Source of the DNA: Fimbriosthenelais zetlandica
Taxonomy: Eukaryota
Assembly: GCA_977030845.1 (NCBI GenBank)
Contig: OZ365109.1
Span: 52,638,001-52,702,000 of the forward strand
DNA length: 64,000 bases
Reading direction: 5' to 3'
In this document: piece after piece, positions 53,534-64,000 of the stretch
Position numbering within the stretch: position 1 is the first letter of the stretch
Layout of the letters: every line of letters starts with the position of its first letter
Translations under genes and position numbers: made by a program
Notes under the pieces: generated by a model
The model's database searches: none
The model's input: the letters and a program-made list of their open reading frames with translations, nothing else
Told to the model about the DNA's origin: nothing

Positions 53534-56500
53534 CCCTCCCCTTACCTACAGCAGTGGTCACCCCTGATAAAGAGTGCTCACGGGTGGAGATTAGTAAGTC
53601 ACCGTACATAATTGGAATTATATGTTTGGATTATTGCATCGCAATACTGCCTCACAAATGGCGCACTCAGTCACCTTTGATGAGGTGCTAGATTGTGGCA
53701 TTGTATTAGAAAAAAAGTCTGGGTAATTTCAAGTTAGACATAAATGTTTATATAATATTATGTAAGAATATTTTCCTCGTTACAAATCTAAATCTAAACT
53801 GAATTATAAAAAAACATCTGATGGGATCCAGCTCTTCTATTTAAGCTTGGTTAACTATGAGTATATGGGTGGCATTTTCCCATAATGATAGACGGTAAGA
53901 CCTTTCTTGATAAAATATTTGAATGTAATCCAATTTCTTACAGGTTATCCAAATCAAAATGTCACCTTTAATACATTATAAGTTATAATTATTATTAATG
54001 CAAATTACTTCTAATACATTCCAACGATAATTTCATTTTCATTTCATGATATATGCGGGTGGTGGGTTGGAAAGGATTGACCCATGACCACTTCCTATAT
54101 TGATACATGTCTTCTGTAAAGGCCTACATGGAGTCTATGATTTGGACTGGTGACAAATATGGGAAAGCTTCCTCTATTCCTCCCGCCAGTTTACATATAT
54201 GTAGGCCCAGGCAGGATTAAGCCATCATATATGCGAATCCTATCCGCAAGCAAAGAGAATTGGGTTTGCTTCAATACTGGACGCCCAGTCAGTGTATGAC
54301 ATTGTACTCAACTTCCTAATCTACCGACCTAGATGTTTCCATTGCATTGAATATTCCACTAAAGCCCCTGACAATCCTTTCCCAAACTTCCCCATGACTT
54401 ACATGGTATATTCCATTCATCAACCAAACCTCTGCTATGTTCTTCTTTGCTCTTCTAAAGAAATTATTTTTCAAAGGACAGCAGTTATTTCATTCTTCTA
54501 CAAATTAAAGTAAGTCGTGACTAGTAGATAGCGTAATTTGTGTTTCTTTCAAACTGTGCCAAACCACAGTCCCAAAGATGGCTATTTCTGAATGGATGTA
54601 AGGTGGATATTCAGTCAAGGTATTTGACGGACCATGACTGCCCTAAGAAAAATTAAGAAGGGGTGTCCAGAGCATGTCTTCAGGAGCCCATTTCAAAAAG
54701 AAAATGAGTCATAGAATTAGCATTAGCTGGGAGGGTGAAACTAACTGGAATTCACATAACCAGTAATACCCAATCACACTACAGATAATGTATGAGAACT
54801 TACACCTTAGAAAAGTAATTGAACTGCACGTTAAATTTTATAATTATTACCAATGATCCAACACATGTTTCCCATACAGTACTATTTACCACTTACACCA
54901 ATGTATCGATTTGTCCAGCATAATAGGCCTGTGGAACCTATAGATACCTTGGTGTTTATTGTGACTGGTCAGACATGGGGAAGGACATGGGATGGGGTTA
55001 ACACCCATGCACAAAGGATTCTGCACCTAGAGATACTGGGATCTTCTTATTATACAGTTATAAACTCTCATCTAAGGCCTATGTCCAATTATTTTGCAAC
55101 AGGTGCAGGTACTTAAAGTAATGGCCCAACAAAACAGGACACAATGAATCTCCCACTTCATGCAACCAAGGGTAATAGGGTGGCAGTCCAGTTACAGGAG
55201 CTTGTCGATCTATCTGTATAGATCTGAATAATAAACTGACAGCTGATTATGCAAAATAAAGAAACCGAAAACCATAACTACTCTGTTGGCCCATTGAAGA
55301 AAGTATTTTCAAATTGTTTTATACAAATCCTGTGTAATATAGGTCTATTGAGTAGGCCTACTAGAATCTCTACAGGTCTATTTTTGAAAAAAATCTAAGT
55401 GGGGCAAATGTTTGATAGAAACATAGTACTAGGCATACCCAAGAAGTCCCATGGTACATAATGCTGCATAATGATGGTTGATTCCATATTCTACAAGCAA
55501 TGACCATTTCCAAACATGAATAACCACCAGACAAAATATTACAATAGTAGGCCTAAAGTTTGTTGTGTATTTGTGACACATGTGAAAATTTACCAATGTA
55601 GACCTGCCAATATACCTTATTTAAATTTTAATCTACAAAACAAGATCCTTAACCAGTGGAACTTCAAACTGATGCCATTGACATAGGCTATTTCGTGTGT
55701 GTGTCTATGGAGGCAAATTATAATAAAATGTGAAAAGAAGTGGTGTTTTGGGGAATTGGCGGTATGCACAGCTACGCGAACCTGGCGGTATCGCTCATGT
55801 GCATACCTGTAGGGTTTTGTGTGAGCAGACATTTGTGACATGTTTTCATTAATGAATCTAAAGTTACAAAAATGGATTTTGAGTTAGATGTTAGATTCGT
55901 ATAGAGATTACAAGTGTTATAATGATATATATAATGACAAAATAACAATTAGAGATGTGAATAATATTTATATAATTTCAATGAAATTTCAAGTAGTGAA
56001 AGCAGAAACTAGAAGAAAAATCACTAGGAAACAAGAGAAAACTCACAAAGTTGAAACTTTCTCAATTTAACTCAGAAAAATAGTAAAGAAATTGTATACT
56101 TGCTTTTAATGCAAAAATGCAAAGAGAAATAAATGCTTTCAGGCATGTAGCGCTGAAAGGGCCTGGAAAACTTTATACTCATTTAGTGAAAACGTTTCAC
56201 ATTTATTTAGATACATTTTGACAACTAATTTTAATCATTGCTGACATGGGCAATGTACCAGGGATTTGTTAGCAATCAAATTCTGGCCAATACAATTCCA
56301 ATGGTACAATGATGACTGCTGAACATGAGTTATGAACATGAATGGCATTTTATATGTATGATAATGATCATGAATATCAGAACTAAATTCATATATAGAA
56401 AAGGTTGTGAGACTGAGGGTTAAGTAGTTGAAGGCACATACAATATAGTCATCAGAGGCGGTCAAGAGAGTAGTACAGAATATGTGAAGTAAGAAGCAGA

Positions 56501-57894
56501 GATCATACTGAGAAGTCGTGAAACACATAGGGATGGTGCAGGTAGAGAGGGGAAAGGGGGAGGAAGAGGAAAGGGGGAGGGGGAGGGTGAGAGGGTGGGG
56601 AAAGAGAGAAGGAGATAAGACCACATCATTAAACCTCAATGAGTATAGGCTGTATATTCTAACCTAATTATGATAGGTAAAAGAGAAATATTTCTGAATT
56701 TCATTAAACCAACCAAATAAACTCATTCCTATATTTCCATCTGCTAATTATCAAAAGTACTTATGCAAAACAATTAATTATAATCTTTTCTGTCACCCGT
56801 TAGGCCAAGTAAATACCCTTGTAATAAATTAACCCTTTAACAAATATCAGTAACTTATTTGTAAATGCAGGCCCTGACATTGGTATGTATAACAATGTGT
56901 CGTAACATAATTGTCATCAAACGCAAAGGCAATAGATTTGCTGTGGGTTAAGTGAATATGACAATTATATAGGGAATCAATGTGTGGATATTGACCATGG
57001 AAAGTGAGTTAAAAAAACAATGATTACAGTGCCTCCTCTTTAAAAAATAAAATGCAACTGAAGATTTAAATTGTTCATATACAACGGAGACTTTAGATTT
57101 TGTTTTTTCGTAAACCATACGATATGTAGGAAAAAGACTATCTTGAATTAAATAGATCATATTAGAGCAATGTCAAATGAATGAGTGGAGTTAGAATAGG
57201 TCTAGAAAAGGGAAAAAGAGATTGTATAGGCATAGTTAATTGTTTATAACATTGCCGAAAATTGTGTGTGACTGAAATTTAATTTAATGTGTATTATAGG
57301 GATATAGCAGTAGCAGGTTTACAAGATGCATGGCAGTAAAAAAACATTGTGTAGATCCTTGTTGCAAATATAGACGTACCGTAGTGCAATTGTAAAAGAA
57401 ATGGGGATAAATCATTCAGTGAAGAACTCCATTGAAAGATCCTATTCTTGTTCAGGGTAGTCCAGTGTGCGAATGGGAAGTCTATGGCGTATATATGACC
57501 AGGCAAAATAAGCTGTAGGCTATGGAAGTTGTTGATACCCAATCACTGAGTTATAATTGTTTGAACGGAATTTTCACAGATCAGTGGTCACGGTTTGAAC
57601 AACAGGCGCCGGGTATGGGAGTAGGGGCAAGGTACTTGAAAGCAAAATGGATGCCTATAATATATAGTCTATACCCGGGCTCTATGTCAAGGACACGTGA
57701 AGGTGCATTAATTTAGTAAAATGTGAGAAATTTAAGGCTACTCCTTGGGATGTGATTTGTTGCAAAATGTTCGAAAAATTAATATTAGGCCCAATATTTT
57801 ATTAAAGAAAAAGATTTGTTTTATGTAATGAATGCCCTATTAAATCAAATTGTTACTTTTCATATCTGCTATGGATGCTTTATAATGTTGCTTT

Positions 57895-58046
57895 TAGTAC
57901 AGTAACTTCACCTTGTTTAATAAATGTCTTTAAAAGGATGTCTTTTTGAACATAAAATGCTGAGGAACAGTAGTACAGTAACTTCACCTTGTTTAATAAA
58001 TGTCTTTAAAAGGATGTCTTTTTGAACATAAAATGCTGAGGAACAG
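57895..58046 (+). repeat. Perfect 76-bp tandem duplication
   Basis: 57895-57970 is identical to 57971-58046. Confidence 0.95.
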
Positions 58047-60529
58047 TAAGACGGTGAACATTGAGCACAAACATGCACACACAGTTTAGTTGGAAGTACC
58101 CCATGGATTATATTGGTTGTGTTCGAGAACCGTCGTCCTAGTAGTAAATAGTAGTTAAATATTAACAGTTTTATTTCGTCAATTTTTCATCTTTTGCTTC
58201 TGATAAATTTCTTTAAAATGGCATAGGATCCTTTATAAGCAATGTTTAAATCATTTCACGCGGAAAAAATACAACGTCAATGGGGAGATTATTGAGAAAT
58301 CAGCATGGAAAGACGTCTACGTGTTTGAGTCTTTTTCCTTCTTAGCGTGTGGCCCTGATTAGGGACTGGTATACCTTGCAGGCCTACAGAGGCCTAACTG
58401 GGGCCGATTTGACTAGAATTACAGGTTTTTGTTTAGTTCATTACATCACCATTGTTATAAAATGACAGACAATTCTATTTCCACATGAGGTAACACTGTA
58501 ATTGGAAGAAGTCGGAGTCGGAGCTCTCTTCTTTATACACGGTTGCTGAAGCGAAAAAATGTTACCTGGTTTATTTCGACATTCGAGTTACATAACTAAC
58601 ACCTCACCTTAAGTAGTCTGTGGGAAAATTTAATTTTTACCTCGGTACTACAAAGATCTCCTACTGCCAACTCCCTTCCATATTAATCATCGAGTTAATT
58701 CTTTGGGGAAATGAGGTTTTATTCCCATTCTTATATACACATTTGTAAGATTTTGTCGTCAAACAAGATCCAAACTGACAGACTTATTTAAACCTCTTTC
58801 ATGTGATTCCAAATACATGTAAGAAGTGCACCCGATCCACACCCCACTAATAACAGGGCCTACTTCTTACACCTAGTTCTTACAAATCTAACGCTTGGCT
58901 GCCACCCGTAAAGCAACAGATTAAATGGAGATGCTTGATTTGGTATAAGTAAAAATAAACTCTGCCTTTCACACAGCCAATGTAGGAGAGGCCAGGCTGT
59001 ATGAATCAATTGTAGGCATGGAAAGCCCCATTCACAACAAACCCGTACACAAAAGACGAGGGTTTAACATTCCTCCTGTTGTGAGCGGGGGGACTTGAGC
59101 TTCCTCAGAATCTAAACCAGCGGGAGATGGGGAATGCTCCAACTCATGTACATGGAGGGAGAGACAAATTTACCTTCATGGGTAAGAAGGGTGTCCACAG
59201 ACTCAAGTGATATTTATGTCAATATGAATGGATTTTGACATTCAGCCAAGGTGGGCGTTTGTGAAATAAAACCATGGGAGAGGGGATAATTATCCGCGAT
59301 ATGAGTGAACACCTTGCCTGACTTTAATAGGGTTTACACTCCATACATTTGCCACAACCTTGAGCAAATGTCTGTTAAACATTGTCCTTGCAATATTTAT
59401 GCCTATAATCATTTTAAAACTTTTAAATCTTGTTTTGTACCAGTAGATTTTACAATTTCAACCTGCCAATTTCGCCCCCTATGTTATTATTTTCTACTAT
59501 CACAATGTATAGATTTCTTGAGATTCAGATTTCTGTGAAAGAAAATAAGGTGGATACAACTCCATCTATGGAGTGTGATAATGAACACTCATCGAAAAGA
59601 AGTTCAAGTAAAATCAAACGTTTAAGTTATAACACAAGCCAGTTCAAAATAAATGTCTACAAAATTGCCCCCTGGCTGTATGTATTTCTGTGGGCTGAGT
59701 TATTCTTGATTTGTTGACGGACCAGTGAAAGAAGATTTAAAATGTGCCTCATGGGTCCATTGGGGTATTGTTACCAATTATTTAGATGCCATTATTCACG
59801 GACCATAATAAAAGAGAGATGTGGGAACATAATCTTGAATTGATCAGTGGAATGCAGGACAAGATGCCGCCGATAGGTTTCAGGTGTGAAGGGAACACTT
59901 GTACCATTTGAATATGTTTAGAACAATCGAAATTGTTCTCATGATAGAACAGGAGGTCGCCACTGACCTGGGGCCATCTTACCAGAGAGAGATAAAGAAT
60001 AACTATTCCAACCTCGGGCCATCCTTTATTACCTGCCAAAAGGGCCTTAAATAGTGCAGGATATTCTATATCGGGGTCCTCAGTTGGAATTCAGGGGAGG
60101 TCTAAAATACATTTTACCTGTCTTACCGGTAACGAGTTTTTTGTCTGTGCAGTGTCAAAATGAAAGGAACTAGGCAAGTATAATGACCCAGGGCTAGGTA
60201 ACACCTATCCATTTTTTCATGAACCACATATTTTCAGTCTCAATGACTCATCCAAACCCTCACCGCAGAACCCCACAAACGATGGTTTACATCTTTAAGA
60301 ATTCAATGTTTGGACCCGTATTTTTTGGTTTAATTTTACAATAAATTTACCTTGATATTATTGATATTTTAACATAATTTAATTTTATCAAGTATTAAAC
60401 TCAAGAATTTATGGGTGCAGTTGACTTCAACAGTAACTTGATTAATATTCACACAATTGTCATGTAACAAAAACAGTGAATACACACATGAAATTCCAAA
60501 ATACAAATAATTAAAAAAGATATATTTAC

Positions 60530-60924
60530 CTGACTTGACCATCGTTCATATCCTTGACGTCAATGTCGTTAATCTCCGTTATTTGATCACCATATTTAAA
60601 CCGGCCGTTGAGCTCGGCCAGAGAGCCAGGCAGTATACCTGTGATAGCCACATAATAATCCTCCTCCAGGGAGGTTTGATAAGATCCAGGTAACGATAAT
60701 CCCCTCTGATCCCTAATCTCAGGGCGCTCCTCCAGGCCCACAATGATCCCAAGATGCTGGAGGTTGGACTCCTCCTGTAACTGGAATTCCTCTCTGAACA
60801 ATCTCCCGGTCCTGGGAGGTTTAGGAGGGGGTTTTGTTTTACCCCCTCTGGATCTTCCAATGGGGGATATCATCAGGTTTTCCTCTCCATATGTTAATGC
60901 GGGTACATACTGATTTTCTTCCAT
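60530..60924 (-). CDS. PDZD2: PDZD2/IL16-family multi-PDZ protein, coding exon 1 (start codon, most of PDZ1)
   Basis: ATG at 60924 in strong context (gagaaaATGg), in-frame stop about 15 nt upstream. Encodes MEENQYV...HLGIIVG...VAITGILPGSLAELNGRFKYGDQITEINDIDVKDMNDGQV. Donor AG|gtaaat at 60529, phase 2, matching the next exon. Confidence 0.9.
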
Positions 60925-61092
60925 TTTCTCAGGGTTTTCTATACATAGGGTATAATGTCAACTTTCTGTCATGTGAAACTTCTCCATTCGACTACAGCTT
61001 GTGCGTGCAGAAAGCCGGCCATAATTTTGGTGGTGGTCTACCAAAACATGTCATGCATTCTCAAGAAATTGTCCTCAACCATGTCACCATAC
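60925..61092 (-). other. 5' UTR portion of the first coding exon
   Basis: Acceptor attgtgtcatttacag| at 61093. All three frames hit stops before ATG 60924. Confidence 0.6.
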
Positions 61093-61758
61093 CTGTAAAT
61101 GACACAATTAATATTTTTAAGGATAGTGAACCCAGTATGGTCTAAATATTATTACACGTAAAAAAAAATGGCATAGAAGTAGGCCTAGACATAGAATGGG
61201 TCTTCACAAGTCTTCTTAAAAAAGTTTTACTGTGCATAAATCTAAGAGCAGGCTATTTTATCTAACACAAGGTCTCCAGATAATTGGCATTTTTATTATC
61301 AAAAGCCTAGGTCAACATATATGTGTCTATATTCGATTTTAATTTTCCCACGCCACATGAGTGTTTGAATTACGACAGGGATAAAAACAAAGCCATTTCT
61401 TACCTACATGTAGTTAGCGACCGTGTATTGGGAACCACATTTAACTCATGACAGTCGACCAAGTGCAAGAAAATCCTCCTTGTTGTAATGAATTGTAAAT
61501 TTTTAAAAGCCTAAGCCTATTTAATTAAATTCGATTCAATCGCTCTTGAGTTTTCATGGCCATCTAGGCTTATGGCATAGATATTCCTATGGTCAGTGTC
61601 AGTCTGTCATAAACATCCATGATAGGCCTTCTTTAGAAAGACACTAACTGGAAATCCCCATTTGTAAACCATGTGTCCCCAACAAAAACATGGCCTCTAT
61701 CGACATAATGAATCAACTTAATCAAGGTAAGGGCCTATGACAGGCTATGTCCACTCAC

Positions 61759-62010
61759 AAGCTGTACTACCCTTTTGGTGCAGGTTAAGTCCCAGGGTAT
61801 GCTCCATACTAGTGTTTGTTGTCATTCTAGTTAGCCGGCATTTTATAACCTGCCTCCCCCTCCTCCTCCGAGACCAGAGACTGTTCGCTCTTCCTCTCGT
61901 TCTACCAACCTTGGTAGGCCTGCACCCGGCGTCTCGCATGAGTGATATTGCTGGTTCAGGTGGTGGGGGGTGGACAGACATTTCCGCTCTCCCTGTTATG
62001 ACAGACACAC
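61759..62010 (-). other. Probable 5' UTR exon of the PDZ gene, containing a uORF
   Basis: Acceptor ctaataatacacag| at 62011, donor |gtgagt at 61758, GC-richer than its flanks. It cannot be joined in frame to the main ORF. Confidence 0.55.
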
Positions 62011-62086
62011 CTGTGTATTATTAGAGTTACCCCATCACATCATAGGCGATAAGCGCTGATAAGAATGGGGCTTCAGTAAAATCACG

Positions 62087-62600
62087 TAGGCCTATACCGA
62101 TAGGCCTACCGATGATAGGCCCCTATATAGATCTATATTGATACAGGCTATAGCCTATATAGGCTATAGAACTTAGAAGTACCGGTACCGGTACCGGGAT
62201 TCACTTTTTGCATTAGCCTAAAAACAAATAGGCCTACCCGGTAGGCCTATAGGCCTAGATGCATCTAGCCGAGAAAGGGCCCACGTAGGCCTACCATATA
62301 TAGGCCTATGCCTACAGTAAGCCTACCAACGAGACTTTCTCAGCTAGCTAGACAAATGATCGGCTCAACTCAACTCAAGCCTCAAGCCAGTCAAGGGGTG
62401 AATAATATTCATGTACGGTACCAATGGATTTGTTTTTAGGCTTTCGATAATCGGTACGCTATGTGAATTTACATATTCTAGTTTCGTTGGGCCTACAGAT
62501 GAGTAGGCCTATATAGCCTGCCTACAGTACACATGACATCTAGCCTACAATCTACAGTGATCTGCAGTTACTGTAGCCGACACTACATGCTACAGCACAG
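62087..62600. repeat. TAGGCCTA palindrome cluster with (GTACCG)3
   Basis: Eight exact TAGGCCTA copies in 62087-62511, many half-sites, (GTACCG)3 at about 62179-62196. Confidence 0.9.
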
Positions 62601-62790
62601 GGTTTGTATATTATGATCAATGAATGATAGTATCAGTGACTAGCCTACATTGAACCCATCAACATCAAAGTGACCTGAGTTTGAGACTGACATTACAAGT
62701 TTCTCCCACTTATTATGGCAACTTTGAGAACTACAGATAATAGATGAATACGGCATTACTATGACACTTCAAAAAACATTATTAAGTTAC

Positions 62791-62950
62791 TTTTAAGTAG
62801 AAGAAATCCTGCTGGCTCCCTGGTCCTACTCTCCTCCACGTGCTGTCCGTGCTCCTCGTGTTGACCCGTCTCGCAACGTGTCGCGCGACCTGCCACCAAC
62901 CGGCAAAAAGTGAAACTGAGCTTCCCTGGTGAGCAAAACGTGAACTAAAC
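62791..62950 (-). other. Candidate first non-coding exon of the PDZ gene
   Basis: CpG-rich segment ending in a weak donor aa|gtaact at 62790, next to the promoter motifs. The TSS cannot be determined from sequence. Confidence 0.3.
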
Positions 62951-63093
62951 CAAAATGGCGGCCACCGTCTGCTAGAGTCTTGGGGTAACAGTCCTACCAA
63001 AGATAGTTGAGAATAAGATACCCAACTCCGCCACTTCCTGCGTGCAAGCACCGACGGTAGCGCCATCTAGCAGGGCCTTGGTTCCGCGTCAAA
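62800..63093. promoter_or_regulatory. GC-rich bidirectional promoter region
   Basis: Lies between divergent genes. YY1-type AAAATGGCGGC at 62952-62962, ETS-type CCACTTCCTG at 63031-63040, CTCF-like CTGCTAGATGGCGCTA (minus strand, about 63058-63073); local CpG enrichment. Confidence 0.65.
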
Positions 63094-63212
63094 ATGGAGG
63101 CGAAGCAGCGGCTTCGGAAAGGTGGACGGCATTGTGCCGCCATCAACTGTATTCACAGCGACAGGAGGAACCTTGGGATGACATTTTTTAGTTTCCCGAA
63201 GGATTTAGAAAG
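63094..63212 (+). CDS. THAP zinc-finger protein exon 1 (THAP12/PRKRIR-like THAP domain)
   Basis: MEAKQRLRKGGRHCAAINCIHSDRRNLGMTFFSFPKDLE: CxxxxC and FP of the THAP signature. Donor ag|gtaagg, phase 2. Confidence 0.88.
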
Positions 63213-63645
63213 GTAAGGCATTGACAATTATCCTGTTTTCACGATGAGTATTGTTTTTATGTGAGAATAAACATGAGCGGACATGAGCGATAATATGTGA
63301 TTTAAGCGAGTTCCCGCCGCTCTGAGAAAGGACTTTTGGATCTATATCTGGTTGAATTTGTCTTTTGGAAATCATTAACCCATAACATGCAACTTGCATC
63401 GAATATGAATCATATGTAGACGATTAATAAGCAAAAGAGTGATATAAATCATTCGGTACTAGCTTGCCAGACTGTCTTTTATGTTGCCAACAACATTGAC
63501 AATGACATTGGCATGCCACGCCCACAAAATCAGACCAAGACATTGCGACTTGAGCCTTTTGTACAGCTTTAAATATTTTTACAGAAACATCGGATTAATA
63601 TTGATGGTTATGAGGTACTTGACATTTAAAATAAATAAATTTCAG

Positions 63646-63734
63646 ATGTAAAAAGTGGGTTATCAACAGCCGCCGACAGGACCTCGAGAAAGTGCCACTG
63701 GAGCGTCTCCACAAATCTTACGTTTTTTGTCCAG
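63646..63734 (+). CDS. THAP zinc-finger protein exon 2
   Basis: Acceptor aatttcag|. (R)CKKWVINSRRQDLEKVPLERLHKSYVFCP has the conserved W and third C. Donor g|gtcagt, phase 1. Confidence 0.88.
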
Positions 63735-63955
63735 GTCAGTGCCCGCCCAACTTAGTAATTTTGTTTTGTCATTAGCTGTGATTTTGAACACTCTTGTCCT
63801 TTACCCGAAATGGTAGCAATTCTTAATAGATCTATATAACTATATTATCACAGTTCCTTAATTATTTTAATACGTCTGTTAATACATAGTTAATACATCG
63901 TAGGTAGACACTATGTATTCATTGTACTGGTAATGCTTTACCATCTATTCCACAG

Positions 63956-64000
63956 ATCATTTTGAGGAATGCTATTTCTATAACGCCCAGGACAAGAAGA
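63956..64000 (+). CDS. THAP zinc-finger protein exon 3 (partial, runs off window)
   Basis: Acceptor tctattccacag|. The join gives CP-DHFEECYFYNAQDKK, completing the CxxHF motif of the C2CH finger. Confidence 0.85.
   Translation, partial: MILRNAISITPRTRR

Noticed and set aside
52508-53691. Several overlapping 67-116-aa ORFs
   Set aside because: By-products of the mini-foldback motifs and a poly-G run.
56235-56639. 134-aa minus-strand ORF
   Set aside because: It spans a polypurine tract, is low complexity and has no splice or domain support.
59782-60039. GWPE...LLFY as a Gypsy pol remnant
   Set aside because: The resemblance is limited to a few residues, with no RT, RNase H or integrase motifs or LTRs nearby.

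Overview
AT-rich animal genomic DNA (spliceosomal GT-AG introns; probably a marine invertebrate, an inference from composition and motif usage). No prokaryotic features, CRISPR array, tRNA or rRNA were recognised. Most of the window is the 5' part of one large minus-strand gene of the PDZD2/IL16 family. I rebuilt it by hand as 11 well-supported and 1 tentative phase-compatible coding exons (ATG at 60924; 3152 nt, about 1050 aa). They encode four PDZ domains with low-complexity linkers, and the gene apparently runs off the left edge. It lies head-to-head, across a short GC-rich promoter (YY1-, ETS- and CTCF-like motifs), with a plus-strand spliced THAP zinc-finger gene (63094 to window end). 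The most striking non-genic structure is a 5.9-kb non-coding foldback element (7073-13003) in an intron. It has TAG...CTA ends with terminal mini-hairpins and a TTT flank duplication. Its ~2-kb inverted arms are built from ~355-bp units, each carrying an RFX X-box and four AGGTCA half-sites, and its core holds roughly 80-85 21-bp repeats in alternating orientation. Also present are a second ~0.86-kb mini-foldback, a pogo-like MITE, perfect palindromes, a TAGGCCTA cluster near the promoter, a 32-nt micro-exon and a uORF-laden 5' leader. All family assignments come from remembered sequence signatures, not from database searches.
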